Notes: generated by a model not told the origin, from the letters alone. DNA of 64,000 nucleotides from Sulfolobales archaeon (GCA_038867615.1 JAWBYA010000004.1:96001-160000), one strand, 5' to 3'. Numbered from the stretch's first letter, positions 20,357-30,922 are shown. Translations and numbers: made by a program.

Positions 20357-21313
20357 CTATATAGCTCTACTCTGCAGTATTCTTGCGAACCGTGCCACTA
20401 GGTTGTGTAGGTCTTCTTTATCATTCCATATAGCTTTATATATTGCTAGTGCTAGGAGTATACCTATACCCATCATCACGCCCGAACTATGTCCCAAGTA
20501 TGCTAGATCGAGGAGTAGGTATAGAGGATCGTCTCCCATATTAAGGGTCAACATATTATCTATCACTTCGTTTACCACGCCTTTAGAGGCGTTATTGATT
20601 ATATAGGCTGAGAGCTCTGTGGTTCTTCTAAGCTCCTCACTATAAACCTTTATAGGCTGAGAGTCTAGACAACGCGGGGCTAGATTATTATAGGTGGAGA
20701 GAAACCCTGCCAGGATATCGTCACCGGAAGGTGTTAGTCCTCTACCAAATCCCAGCAGATCTCTAAATACCCGCATAATACTGTCCTCGATAAAGCTTCT
20801 TACCCCTTCTAGGCGTTTTTCCTCTAGGATTCTGTGGATCTCTTTTGACATATGTCCCAACACAACTAGATCTTCATCATAAAGTTTATCTAAGATCAGC
20901 ATTATTTTTAGAAACTTTTCTGCAGTGGAATCTATATCTATGTCGAAGATCTCTTCTGGACAACGGTTGCTCAGCCTGAATCTGGGTGTATAGATCGATG
21001 AGTTCCCAAGATCTATAACTAGATCATAGCCAATGGTTATCGCATCTCCCTTGATCGAGACATCATCGTGCTTCGATACATAGTTATTGAGAGCGCCTGA
21101 AAAGCGTGGTGTATATTCATCCTCAAGCACTATATCTACTTCTGACCTGATGCGGTTTGACTTGATCGTGATCAGAGTATCGCCTATAACTATATTGATC
21201 GCATTTGGAAAAACGCTATGTATCGATGGCTTACAGCCTTCTACACATCTGTCTATGATTCCTCTAGCTATATGTCCTATTGAAGAAGCCCTTAAGAGGA
21301 TCGCAGACCCTAT
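20357..21313 (-). CDS. DUF2877 / YlbF (AllH)-like protein
   Basis: LLGFGRGLTPSGDDILAG, RRTTELS, GHSSG motifs; the frame stays open 61 codons upstream of the called start (HSVFPNAINI) to an ATA at 21313. Confidence 0.85.
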   Translation of the reverse strand: MGSAILLRASSIGHIARGIIDRCVEGCKPSIHSVFPNAINIVIGDTLITIKSNRIRSEVDIVLEDEYTPRFSGALNNYVSKHDDVSIKGDAITIGYDLVIDLGNSSIYTPRFRLSNRCPEEIFDIDIDSTAEKFLKIMLILDKLYDEDLVVLGHMSKEIHRILEEKRLEGVRSFIEDSIMRVFRDLLGFGRGLTPSGDDILAGFLSTYNNLAPRCLDSQPIKVYSEELRRTTELSAYIINNASKGVVNEVIDNMLTLNMGDDPLYLLLDLAYLGHSSGVMMGIGILLALAIYKAIWNDKEDLHNLVARFARILQSRAI

Positions 21314-22602
21314 ATCCCGTATACCTCTGCGAATCTCCTCAGGGCTTTTTTAAACGGCTCTATGGGCATAGTTACTATACCAGCCCCTATCTGGCCTTTA
21401 TTGGGCTCCTTATGGGCTATCCCAGTGTTTATCGTAGGTGTTATCCCTGTCGCCACAACCTTTCTAATATCCATCCCTACAGGGGTCCCCTGCATATCTA
21501 GGTATGGTATTGTGAAGTACTTATGCTTCGCATAGGTTATCCCATACATCCTCCTGGTAATCTCGACAGCAAACTCGACAGATCCGCCGACCCAGCTAAC
21601 TATAGCTGGTGCTGCTGCCATAGCAAAGCCGCCGAAACCAGCTGTCTCTGTTATAGCTGAGTCCCCGATATCCGGGTTTGCATCTTTCTCAGAATAGCCT
21701 GGGAACCAGACGCCCTTAGGTATAGGTGCTGGTGCTGTGAACCACTCATCTCCAAGCCCGCTCACCCTTATACCAAACTCAGTACCGTTTCTAGACATTG
21801 TAGTCACTATAGTGCTATACTTTATATTATGGGCAGCCATTGTCATCAGCTTAGCTGCAGCCATCACGATATTAAGTGCTGTAAATGGGTTTCTATAGAT
21901 GAAGCTATAAGCCTCCCTAACCATGCTCCTCTCATATCCTGCGGCGAAGATATACGGGGCAAGCTCCTTTATGAGTATAGATGTTGCCGCAACATGCCTA
22001 TTATGGCACTCATCACCCATATGGAGCGCCTGGGCTATGAGGCTCTTAACATTAAGCCCCTTTCCCTGCTCCCTCACCATATCTCTAATAGCATCCCTGA
22101 GAACTGGGTAGAGTATCTGCCCCATCCATCTAAGCCTCTCAATAACATCTGGATCGTATACACCGTATCTCAGAACCCTCCCAATCCCCTCATTCATATT
22201 AGAATAAGCCTTTCCCCCATATCTCAGGTCGCTGAGCACATATACAGGCATGCTGGGCGATATAACCCCAGCCATAGGACCTACTGAGTCATGATGATGC
22301 GTGGGCTCGATTACAATATCGCCCCTCCTAAGCAGCCTATCAGCCTCTTCAGCACTGCTTGCCCATCCCTCATATATCACAGCCCCTATCAATGCTCCCC
22401 TCAGAGGGCCAGACGCCCTCTCATACTCTATTGGAGGGCCTGCGTGGAGCAGCATCTTATCCTTCATACCGGGGATTGCTTTTAAGGCTATATCCATGTC
22501 AACCCAGTGGGGCTCTGACTCCATCATCCTCTCGACAGCAGTACTGTTAGCCTTCTCAATCTCCTCCTTTATATTTAAAACCCTACCAGGCTCTCCACTC
22601 AT
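21310..22602 (-). CDS. ylbE: DUF1116 / YlbE-YahG (AllG)-like protein
   Basis: LLHAGPPI, VGPMAGVISPSMP, ALHMGDECHNR, MSRNGTEFGIRVSG, PDIGDSAITETAG, INTGIAHK...GQIGAG. Confidence 0.93.
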   Translation of the reverse strand: MSGEPGRVLNIKEEIEKANSTAVERMMESEPHWVDMDIALKAIPGMKDKMLLHAGPPIEYERASGPLRGALIGAVIYEGWASSAEEADRLLRRGDIVIEPTHHHDSVGPMAGVISPSMPVYVLSDLRYGGKAYSNMNEGIGRVLRYGVYDPDVIERLRWMGQILYPVLRDAIRDMVREQGKGLNVKSLIAQALHMGDECHNRHVAATSILIKELAPYIFAAGYERSMVREAYSFIYRNPFTALNIVMAAAKLMTMAAHNIKYSTIVTTMSRNGTEFGIRVSGLGDEWFTAPAPIPKGVWFPGYSEKDANPDIGDSAITETAGFGGFAMAAAPAIVSWVGGSVEFAVEITRRMYGITYAKHKYFTIPYLDMQGTPVGMDIRKVVATGITPTINTGIAHKEPNKGQIGAGIVTMPIEPFKKALRRFAEVYGI

Positions 22603-23075
22603 CTCTCACCACCCTCCCTCCTCCATTTAAGGGCTAGTTTGACCGAGTCTACTATCTGCTTATAACCCGTGCACCTACACACAACACTATTAAGTACCCT
22701 AGCCACCTCCTCGTCGGAGGCGTTAACCATGTTCTCAGTGATCCAGTGGGCTGTTAGTACGAAAGCTGGTGTGCAGTAGCCGCACTGATAGCCGAATGAT
22801 TCTACGAAGGCCCTCTGTACTGGTGATGGTCTCATATTGGTGCTCAGCCCCTCAACGGTAACTATGTTAGAGCCGTTTGCCTCAGTAGCTAGCATGAGGC
22901 ATGATTTCACAAGCTTTCCATCAACGATGACGGTGCATATACCACAATCTCCTACAAGACAGCCTGCTCTAACACTCTTAATGCCAAGCCTATATCTAAG
23001 TACGTCTAACAATCTCTCGTTCGGCTTAACATCGGCTACCCTTTTAACCCCGTTTACTGTGAGACTGATTCTCAT
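22599..23075 (-). CDS. Mo-hydroxylase 2Fe-2S subunit (CoxS/XdhC-like)
   Basis: GCLVGDCGICTV...SCL; QCGYCTP; CRCTGY. Confidence 0.95.
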   Translation of the reverse strand: MRISLTVNGVKRVADVKPNERLLDVLRYRLGIKSVRAGCLVGDCGICTVIVDGKLVKSCLMLATEANGSNIVTVEGLSTNMRPSPVQRAFVESFGYQCGYCTPAFVLTAHWITENMVNASDEEVARVLNSVVCRCTGYKQIVDSVKLALKWRREGGER

Positions 23076-23939
23076 CTAAACCTCAACCCCCAGTAGTTTT
23101 CTAAGAAGATAAGCTGTTCCAAATTCTACTAGGTGTTCGCGATACTCCCTGGAGGCCCTGGCATCCGATGGTGGAGTAATGCTGGTTTTTATATAATTTA
23201 TAGCATCTCCTATCAATACCTTCAAAGGCTTCTCCTGCCTAAAGATCTTCTCAACACCCTCTACGAGCTCTTGTGATGGTGCGAATGAATATGCTACCCT
23301 CACTATCCTCTCCCTAGGGTTATCAATATTGGCGGCTAGAGCCGCTATCCCAGCGATCCACCAGACCTTGAAATAAGCCCCCCTAGAGCCTTTAGGAAGT
23401 TCTGGGATATATATTCTCGTCAGGATCTCATCAGGATCTAGGAGAAGCCCCCCACCCTCCTTAACAAGCTCCCATATAGCAACCCTCCTAGAGCCCCTCA
23501 TAGACGAGACCTCGATCGATGCTCCTAGAACGGCTAGAGGTGCTATTGTATCTGCCTGAAGCGTTGGGTTACATATATTCCCACCTATTGTAGCCCTATT
23601 CCTTAAATGAAAATCCCCGATCTGTCTAACAGCATCCCAAAGAACCCCATACTTTTCCCTCACAAACTCGTTGTTCTCCAGATCTTTAAGTGTTGCCGCA
23701 GCACCAATAACAAGACCCCTACCCTCTCTATACTCTATAGCTGAGAGCTCCCTAACCCCCTTAATATCAATCACATAGTCATAGCGGAAGCCAAGCCTCA
23801 TTAGGTTTAAGAGCACCGTTCCACCCGCGATCACGGCTGCACGTTCTCCATACTTAGCCTTTAGGGCTAAGAGCTCGTCAAGAGAGCTTGGTGACAGGTA
23901 ATCGAAATCTGGGAGTGTGGTTCTCAGGATGAGACTCAA
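23076..23939 (-). CDS. Mo-hydroxylase FAD subunit (CoxM/XdhB-like)
   Basis: IAGGT, LRNRATIGGNICN, DARASREYR. Confidence 0.93.
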   Translation of the reverse strand: MSLILRTTLPDFDYLSPSSLDELLALKAKYGERAAVIAGGTVLLNLMRLGFRYDYVIDIKGVRELSAIEYREGRGLVIGAAATLKDLENNEFVREKYGVLWDAVRQIGDFHLRNRATIGGNICNPTLQADTIAPLAVLGASIEVSSMRGSRRVAIWELVKEGGGLLLDPDEILTRIYIPELPKGSRGAYFKVWWIAGIAALAANIDNPRERIVRVAYSFAPSQELVEGVEKIFRQEKPLKVLIGDAINYIKTSITPPSDARASREYREHLVEFGTAYLLRKLLGVEV

Positions 23940-23942
23940 TCA

Positions 23943-26315
23943 CTACACCCCGACCATTATTTTGCGAAGCTCTGTTATGATATCAGGCCTCTGCTCTTTA
24001 ACAGCTTTTAACAGTCTCTCAGGCGTTATTGGATATTCTTTAACCCTAACCCCTATAGCCCTGTATATCGCGTTAGCTATCGCAGCCTGCCAGGGTAGTG
24101 CCGTTAGCTCCCCAACGCCTTTAGCACCATATGGGGCATTTCTCTGGGGTACGTTGAGACTCTCAAAGACCATCTCTACCGGCATATCCTCAACCCTGGG
24201 GAGCCTGTATTCTAGAAAGCTCGGGTTTCTGAGAGCCCCTATCTCGTCAAAGCCGATCGCCTCTTTCAAGGCAAGCCCTATGCCCATAAGTATACCTCCA
24301 TAGGCTTGCCCCTCGGCCAGGCCTGGGTTTATGATCTTTGCATCTGTTACTAGCACGGCTTTCAGAACCCTAACCTGCATCGTCACGAGATCTACCTCAA
24401 CTTCAACGCCCCCCGCAACGAATGTTACAAAGGGCTTCGGATTACCCTTGCCGGTCTCCGGATCTAGATATGTTGTTCCCGAAGGTACATGGGATCCCCT
24501 TCCTATGATTGGTCCGTGTATAGTCTCACCGCTGGGGAAGGTATAACCAAGGGCTAGCCTTTCCAGAGATATACACTCACCATGTTTTCCTGAAACACAT
24601 GCCTTGCCATCCCTAATCTCCACCTCGTCCTTGAATACATTGAAAGCCCTTGCAGCAACCTCCTTTATCTGATCCTTGAGATCCTGTAGTGCTCTTACAA
24701 GCGCCTGTCCATCGCTATAAAGCCCCCTGCTACCAACGGTCTGCCATGTATACGGCACAAGATCTGTTGATCTATATGGTGAGATCCTAACCTTCTCCAC
24801 GGGTATCCCCAGCTCTTCAGCAACGATCTGTGCCAAGGCAATGATAGTACCCTGACCAAACTCCCCAGTCCCTACAAGCACATCAACAGACCCATCCTCG
24901 TTAAGCTTAACTATAGCCGATGAAGCCGCATTGGGGGGTTGCACAGGCCCCTTCCAGGCGGCAGCAATACCTTTACCCCTAATCTTCCACGGCTCGTCTG
25001 ATCTCTGGGGCGGTGTGTGGTAACCGATCAGCTCTGCAGCCCTCCTAATAACTCCTGCAGGATCCCCTGCGTCTTCAGCGAGCACCTCTTGTGTGGGTGT
25101 TATAGATACTCCTGGCCTGACAGCGTTTTTAAGTCTAAACTCGATAGGATCGATTCCTAGTTTCTCTGCAAGTATATCCATTTGCTGCTCAAACGAGGCT
25201 GTTAGTTCCAAGATGCCGAAGCCTCTGAACGCTGTTGTGGGAACCTTGTTTGTATATACCGCATAGCCATCCACATGTATATGGGGTATCTCGTACGGAC
25301 CCGTGGCCATAAAAGTTGAGGATCTTATGACATTAACTGTATAGTCCGCATACGCCCCAGCATCGAGGTAATACTCGCCTATGTGGAAAACAAGCCTCCC
25401 ATCCTTTGTAGCCCCTGTTTTCATCTTAAACAGAAACCCTGGCTTCTGGGCCATGTAGTAGAAGTTCTCCTCCCTGTTAAGCTGTAGAAATACAGGTCTT
25501 CCACCCAGCTTCATCGATATGAGAACTGGTATGTGTTCCAGCAAAAGCCCAGCTTTTCCTCCGAAGCCGCCGCCTGTGTAGAGGTGGTGCACAACAACCT
25601 TGCTAATTGGAAGCCCTAGCGACATAGCCAAAAGATTCCTCACAGCAAATGGTGATTGGTGGGAGGACCATACCTCCACAGTACCATCGGATCTGATAGC
25701 AGCAGCACCAGCCCAGGTTTCCATATATGCATGGGATTGGGGATCAGATCTATAGGTTTCCTCAACAACAACGTCAACTTCCCCAATTGCTTTCTGAGCA
25801 TCGCCCTTCCTCAGCTTAACCCTATTGGCTATATTGGTACCAGGCACCGGGTTTATGAACGAGGCTCTTCTATACTCGCCTAGGCGCTCGTGAATCACAG
25901 GCGCCCCGGGGGATAGAGCCTCTTCTATCGATAGAACTGCCGGTAGGGGTTCGAACTCGGCATCTATGGCTTCTGCAGCTCTCTCTGCGATATCAAGGCT
26001 CTCAGCAACTACAGCCGCTATGGGGTGCCCATAATAGAGAACCTTACCCCTGGCCAGAACGTCTCTATCAGCAGCATAGATCCCTACCTTGTATGGGAAA
26101 TCCTCTCCCGTGAATACAGCCACAACGCCTGGTATCTTGAGCGCTTCGGAAGGGTCAATCCTTTTTATCCTAGCATGGGCGTAGGGGGCTGAGACAAGCT
26201 TTATCCACAGCATTCCAGGAAGCTCAATATCGCTTGCAAATAGAGCTCCGCCATATACCTTATCTACATCGAACCTCCTCACGGGCTGCCCAACATATCT
26301 AAACCCGAGCGACAA
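23943..26315 (-). CDS. Xanthine dehydrogenase-family molybdopterin subunit
   Basis: HAYME, GGGFGGK, AFRGFG (not the AYRCSFR loop of form I CODH), GEFGQG, GAKGVGE. Confidence 0.94.
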   Translation of the reverse strand: MSLGFRYVGQPVRRFDVDKVYGGALFASDIELPGMLWIKLVSAPYAHARIKRIDPSEALKIPGVVAVFTGEDFPYKVGIYAADRDVLARGKVLYYGHPIAAVVAESLDIAERAAEAIDAEFEPLPAVLSIEEALSPGAPVIHERLGEYRRASFINPVPGTNIANRVKLRKGDAQKAIGEVDVVVEETYRSDPQSHAYMETWAGAAAIRSDGTVEVWSSHQSPFAVRNLLAMSLGLPISKVVVHHLYTGGGFGGKAGLLLEHIPVLISMKLGGRPVFLQLNREENFYYMAQKPGFLFKMKTGATKDGRLVFHIGEYYLDAGAYADYTVNVIRSSTFMATGPYEIPHIHVDGYAVYTNKVPTTAFRGFGILELTASFEQQMDILAEKLGIDPIEFRLKNAVRPGVSITPTQEVLAEDAGDPAGVIRRAAELIGYHTPPQRSDEPWKIRGKGIAAAWKGPVQPPNAASSAIVKLNEDGSVDVLVGTGEFGQGTIIALAQIVAEELGIPVEKVRISPYRSTDLVPYTWQTVGSRGLYSDGQALVRALQDLKDQIKEVAARAFNVFKDEVEIRDGKACVSGKHGECISLERLALGYTFPSGETIHGPIIGRGSHVPSGTTYLDPETGKGNPKPFVTFVAGGVEVEVDLVTMQVRVLKAVLVTDAKIINPGLAEGQAYGGILMGIGLALKEAIGFDEIGALRNPSFLEYRLPRVEDMPVEMVFESLNVPQRNAPYGAKGVGELTALPWQAAIANAIYRAIGVRVKEYPITPERLLKAVKEQRPDIITELRKIMVGV

Positions 26316-26417
26316 TACGAGATCCCGGTTAAGTTTTTGATAAGAGGATTATAAGTATTGTAGTTATAAAAATTGGTGATACTTCTTATTTTAATATATA
26401 TAGAAACATCCGGTTTA

Positions 26418-26473
26418 AGAGAGCCTGACAATACATGATCCTTGACTCTTCAGATGGATTGTATTGCCTCTCT
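26418..26473. other. Extended intergenic hairpin
   Basis: AGAGAG/CTCTCT, CAATAC/GTATTG and GATCC/GGATT stems between the ABC ATPase stop and the Mo-hydroxylase promoter. Confidence 0.45.
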
Positions 26474-26498
26474 AAGCACGGGTGGGTATTATTTTATT

Positions 26499-27551
26499 TC
26501 ATAAAGAGGTTTTAGACGCAACACACCTGCTGATCCCGATCCTTTTAGGCCCTGGACTCACATCATTTGCTGAGTAGATCCTTATCTGGTTATTGTTAAT
26601 CTCAGCTAATATTTCATAATACTCCCCACTATAGCTCGACCCTATTATACGGGCTTCAAGGTCTCCCTCACCAATAGTAACATCCCTTGGCGAAAAGATC
26701 GCTATGGCTTCTTCCCCAACGCTAAACCCGCCTCTAGAGCTGCATATAACACACCCCAACCCAAGATCTATCTCAACTTTAGTACCAGACACAGCCCTTA
26801 CCTTCCCCCTAATAGTGTTAAACCTGAGGAGGCTTGCTAATACAGGATCGTCTGGGTTCTCGTAGAGCTCGTCGGGCTTCCCAATCTTCCTGACCACGCC
26901 GTCAGCTATGAGGGCTATGCGATCGCCTATACTAACCGCCTCTCTGATATCGTGGGTCACATATAGCGATGTTATCTTAAGACTCTTTATGGTAGCTCTA
27001 AGCCATACCCTTGCCTCATCCCTCAATGCTGCGTCGAGATTCGATATAGGCTCGTCCAGGAGAAGGAGAGAGGGTTCAAGCACTAAAGCCCTTGCCAATG
27101 CAACCCTCTGCTGCTGACCCCCCGAGAGCTGCCATGGATATCTATCCAACAGATGATCTATCCTCAGCGCTTCTGCAACGGTCTTCACCCTACTCTTTAT
27201 CTCATCCCTCGGGATCTTGCGGATCTTAAGCCCAAAAGCTATATTATCCCAAACCTTCATATGGGGCCACAGAGCCCATGTCTGCGGAACATATCCTATA
27301 TTTCTCTTCTCAGGCGGTACGTTTATCCCCTTATATGAGCTGAAAACCTCCCTGCCATCCAACACTATCTCCCCCTCTTCAGGCGTCTCAAGACCTGCTA
27401 TGCTTCTCAGAAGAGTCGTTTTACCACTCCCAGAAGGCCCAATCACAGCAAAGATCTCTCCCTTCTCAACCTCAAACCTCCTACCCTTGAGATTCAAAGC
27501 CACAACACTACCGAACCTCTTCACCACATTAGAGACAATAAGGCTACTCAT
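26499..27551 (-). CDS. ABC transporter ATP-binding protein (Fe3+/polyamine class, TOBE domain)
   Basis: GPSGSGKT, LSGGQQQRVALARAL, LLLDEP; likely start MSSLIV at 27551. Confidence 0.95.
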   Translation of the reverse strand: MSSLIVSNVVKRFGSVVALNLKGRRFEVEKGEIFAVIGPSGSGKTTLLRSIAGLETPEEGEIVLDGREVFSSYKGINVPPEKRNIGYVPQTWALWPHMKVWDNIAFGLKIRKIPRDEIKSRVKTVAEALRIDHLLDRYPWQLSGGQQQRVALARALVLEPSLLLLDEPISNLDAALRDEARVWLRATIKSLKITSLYVTHDIREAVSIGDRIALIADGVVRKIGKPDELYENPDDPVLASLLRFNTIRGKVRAVSGTKVEIDLGLGCVICSSRGGFSVGEEAIAIFSPRDVTIGEGDLEARIIGSSYSGEYYEILAEINNNQIRIYSANDVSPGPKRIGISRCVASKTSL

Positions 27552-27556
27552 ACCGA

Positions 27557-29194
27557 TCACCCATAGGGCTTCCACCCAAGTTTAAATATCAAAGCCGATA
27601 TAGTCAGGGCCATAAGGACCAGCACGGCTGAGATTGTTGAGATTATTCCTATCTCACCAGATCCGAAACTCATGAGAAGGAATGCGCCAGCAACCATTGT
27701 TTGAGGCATAACAAGGAACGCTGCTATTGAGTAATCCCTAATGGCATAGATGAACATGACAAGCCAGGCCACCAATATAGATCTCTTAATGATCGGGATA
27801 ACGATCCTGCTTAGGGTTAGAGAAGGGCTAGCACCATGGATCCTCGCAACCTCTTCAAGTTCAGGCGATAACTGAGACATACTTGAAGCTATAACCCTCG
27901 TACCCATTATAGACCAAGCAACAACATACGCCATAGCTAGACCAAGGGGGGTATATATAAGTGGCCTCAGAGGTGTAAAGAGGAATAGCCATAGAAACGC
28001 TAGCCCCATAACAATGCCTGGCATACTCCTCGGAAGCGTTGAGGCAGCATCAAAAAACCTACTTATAGATGCATGCCTGCTCCTCAACATGGCTAGTGAG
28101 TAGCCCAGCGATGTTATACTCCCCAAGGTTGCCGCTATAATCGCAACCTCTATAGTATTTATTATTATTTGTCTATGATATTCGGATGAAAAAATAGTAA
28201 CGTAATAATCCCACGTTATACCGCCTATTTTTCCTCCATAGAGAGGGCTAAGGGATCTCATTACAAGAACGCTAAGGGGTATAATTACAACTAACAAAAG
28301 ATATATGGATATTGATGCCAACATAACTACACTCCAGAACTTGCCAATCTCAATTCTATTGATCCCTCTAGCTCTTGAGCCTATGACAGCGAACCTTCTG
28401 CCATACCTCATTGTTAGGTATCTCTGGAGAAGGATGAGGGATATCGCGATATATATCAGCATAGATGCAACCACAGCTTCCCTCGGATATGATGGAGTTA
28501 TACTAAGCACCTGGAGCCTATAGATATAAGTGGTTAGCACTTCACCTCCAACAGAGGTGTATAACAGGAGGGGTATTCCGAATTGTTCGAGCCCTAATAT
28601 GAACAGGATTATTGCTGAGAATATTATCGCAGGTCTTATCATGGGGATCAGGATCCTGAGCATCACCACAATAGCTCTAGCACCATGGATCCTTGCAACC
28701 TCCTCATATGATGAGTCTATCCCTAGAAGTGATGTGGATATTATCACATAAGCATTGGGCACGTGAATCAAGGCAGAAAGGATCCCTGCAGGCACCAAGC
28801 CATATATATCCCCAAAAAATCTCGGGAGGATCCCCGCAGGACCATATGCGTAAAGCCATGCAAAACCCCATACAAGTGGTGAAATAAACATGGGGACCAG
28901 GATCAGCGATTCAAGAACAGATCTTCCAGGTATCGAGGTTTTGTGAATAACTATAGAGAGGAACAATGCTATTGGTACTGCTAGCAGTGTTAAAGTCGCG
29001 ATTGCTAAACTCCCGATCAGTGCTTTATGGAATCCAGGATCTTTTAATGAGTGTATATAACTCTCAAGAGTGAATGATAAAGGCGTCTCATAGAAGGGCC
29101 CATTAAGGAATGATTGATAGATCATAAGACCCAGGATCAGAAAAGCTATTACACCGAAAAAGAAACCAAGGATCTTTAGCGTTTGGTTTATCAA
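27557..29194 (-). CDS. ABC permease, duplicated-domain FbpB/AfuB type
   Basis: Two EEVARIHGA EAA loops; ~12 TM helices. Confidence 0.93.
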   Translation of the reverse strand: MINQTLKILGFFFGVIAFLILGLMIYQSFLNGPFYETPLSFTLESYIHSLKDPGFHKALIGSLAIATLTLLAVPIALFLSIVIHKTSIPGRSVLESLILVPMFISPLVWGFAWLYAYGPAGILPRFFGDIYGLVPAGILSALIHVPNAYVIISTSLLGIDSSYEEVARIHGARAIVVMLRILIPMIRPAIIFSAIILFILGLEQFGIPLLLYTSVGGEVLTTYIYRLQVLSITPSYPREAVVASMLIYIAISLILLQRYLTMRYGRRFAVIGSRARGINRIEIGKFWSVVMLASISIYLLLVVIIPLSVLVMRSLSPLYGGKIGGITWDYYVTIFSSEYHRQIIINTIEVAIIAATLGSITSLGYSLAMLRSRHASISRFFDAASTLPRSMPGIVMGLAFLWLFLFTPLRPLIYTPLGLAMAYVVAWSIMGTRVIASSMSQLSPELEEVARIHGASPSLTLSRIVIPIIKRSILVAWLVMFIYAIRDYSIAAFLVMPQTMVAGAFLLMSFGSGEIGIISTISAVLVLMALTISALIFKLGWKPYG

Positions 29195-30421
29195 CTAGCC
29201 TATCCCCAGCCACTTCTTCCACATAGCTATAAAGTTATTCCTTACATCGGTTCTCATGATCTCATCTATAATCATGTCATCAAACCTAGGTATAACAAGC
29301 TTCTTAACATTCGCTTTGAGGTAGTTTAAAGAGAGCTGGGGGTAATCCTTATTATCACCTATCACTATGGTTTCTGCGCCCTCTCCAAGCTTTGCTTGCC
29401 CCTCTTCCGAGAAGACGTATTCAAGGAAGAGCTTCGCTGCATTAGGATTCTTAGCCTCTTTGGTTATGAATATAACGCGAGGCACAAGAACTGCTAGATC
29501 GCTTGGTACAAAGACACCAACGCGAGGATCTGTCTTAGCCTCTTTAAATGCATAGTTGGCTGCGAGGCTTAGTGATACGAGTACCTGTCCTGTCTTAACC
29601 ATCTCAATCTGGGGCCCTGTTGATGACTGGAGCACAACCCCTATAGATCCCGCCGCTGATACTAAATCACGGATCAATTCCGGCTCAGCTTTATATTGAT
29701 AGTAGGTGAATACTAACCCAAAGGCGCTTGCTTCGACATTAAATGCTGCTATACCCCTTGGCGGGAATAGATCTTTCCTCTGTGTTAGAAGCTTTAAAAG
29801 ATCTCCTAGGGATCTAGGAGCGAGATCCTTAGGTATTTTCTCAGCATTATATATAGGAGCTGCAAGAAGATATCCAGGTACATATGCTAGATCTTTGTAC
29901 TTAGCATACTCGGGAAGCTTGTCATATATTGTGAGCCTATAGGGCTGAGCACTTCCGTTGAGAACCAACAAATATTGAAGATCAAAGCCGGAAGACCACA
30001 GGATATCAGCTGTTGGGGCCCCAGCAGCTCTCTCACTAATATACCTATTATAAATGGTTACAGTGCCTAATTCTATGTATTGTACATCTATAAAGGGGTA
30101 TTTAGCTTTAAAGGCGTTTAGAAGAGGCTCGGCACTAGGCCTATCAAGAGAGCTGTAGATCACCAACTTGCCTTCTTTTCTAGCAGCATCTATAATTGGT
30201 GCCAAGAGCTGCTCCTGTGTAGGCTGTGTAGGCTGCGGTGCCGGCTGAACAGTTACAGTTACTGTCTGAATTTGTGTAACCCTTTGAGTAATTGTTACAC
30301 TTTCTCTTGTAGTAGGCGTAGGTGTCATCATCTGGCCAGCAACGAACCCTAGGCCGGCAGCAATAACTACAGCTATAATCATGACAACTACATATAGTGC
30401 TTTAAAGTTGCTAACCATCAA
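29195..30421 (-). CDS. ABC substrate-binding protein (Fe3+/AfuA-like fold) with membrane anchor and Thr-rich linker
   Basis: AARKEGKLVIYSS, ADILWSS, AKNPNAAKLFLEYVFSEEGQ. Confidence 0.9.
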   Translation of the reverse strand: MMVSNFKALYVVVMIIAVVIAAGLGFVAGQMMTPTPTTRESVTITQRVTQIQTVTVTVQPAPQPTQPTQEQLLAPIIDAARKEGKLVIYSSLDRPSAEPLLNAFKAKYPFIDVQYIELGTVTIYNRYISERAAGAPTADILWSSGFDLQYLLVLNGSAQPYRLTIYDKLPEYAKYKDLAYVPGYLLAAPIYNAEKIPKDLAPRSLGDLLKLLTQRKDLFPPRGIAAFNVEASAFGLVFTYYQYKAEPELIRDLVSAAGSIGVVLQSSTGPQIEMVKTGQVLVSLSLAANYAFKEAKTDPRVGVFVPSDLAVLVPRVIFITKEAKNPNAAKLFLEYVFSEEGQAKLGEGAETIVIGDNKDYPQLSLNYLKANVKKLVIPRFDDMIIDEIMRTDVRNNFIAMWKKWLGIG

Positions 30422-30922
30422 AACTTCACCTTCAACACCTATTACGCTAAGAAGTTTAAATATAAGTTCTCAGCTACCTACTCTTATTAGTAATTATGAG
30501 GGTTAAATTATTAAATTAACTATCCAGGCTTCTCTTGTGATTGATCATAATACAATGTACCCAGTACACACTAATAGTAATAGTATCAATTATTTCGTAA
30601 AAAACTTAAAATGATTAGACCAGGAGCAGTATGAATAGCCATGGCCTTACAATGATACCTCATAACGTATAGGCATCGTAAATCTGTCTAGCCCATAGAT
30701 AATAAATAGGAAAAGATCCATACACAATGGTGGTTTGGACGAAACCCATAACCAACAGCTACCCTATTTACAATAACCACGTTCAGAATGATAATTATTA
30801 AATCGCTAAGTAAAATACGAAACGAGGATCGAGCAGTTGTTTGTCATAAACAGAAGTTTGTATGTAGAACAGAAAAAGATAGCCAGGTCAATGGTAAATG
30901 TTAGAGGGTGTTCAAGTATTCC

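Noticed and set aside
23943-26315. Aerobic CO dehydrogenase
   Set aside because: The active-site loop is AFRGFG, not AYRCSFR, and no cox accessory genes are present
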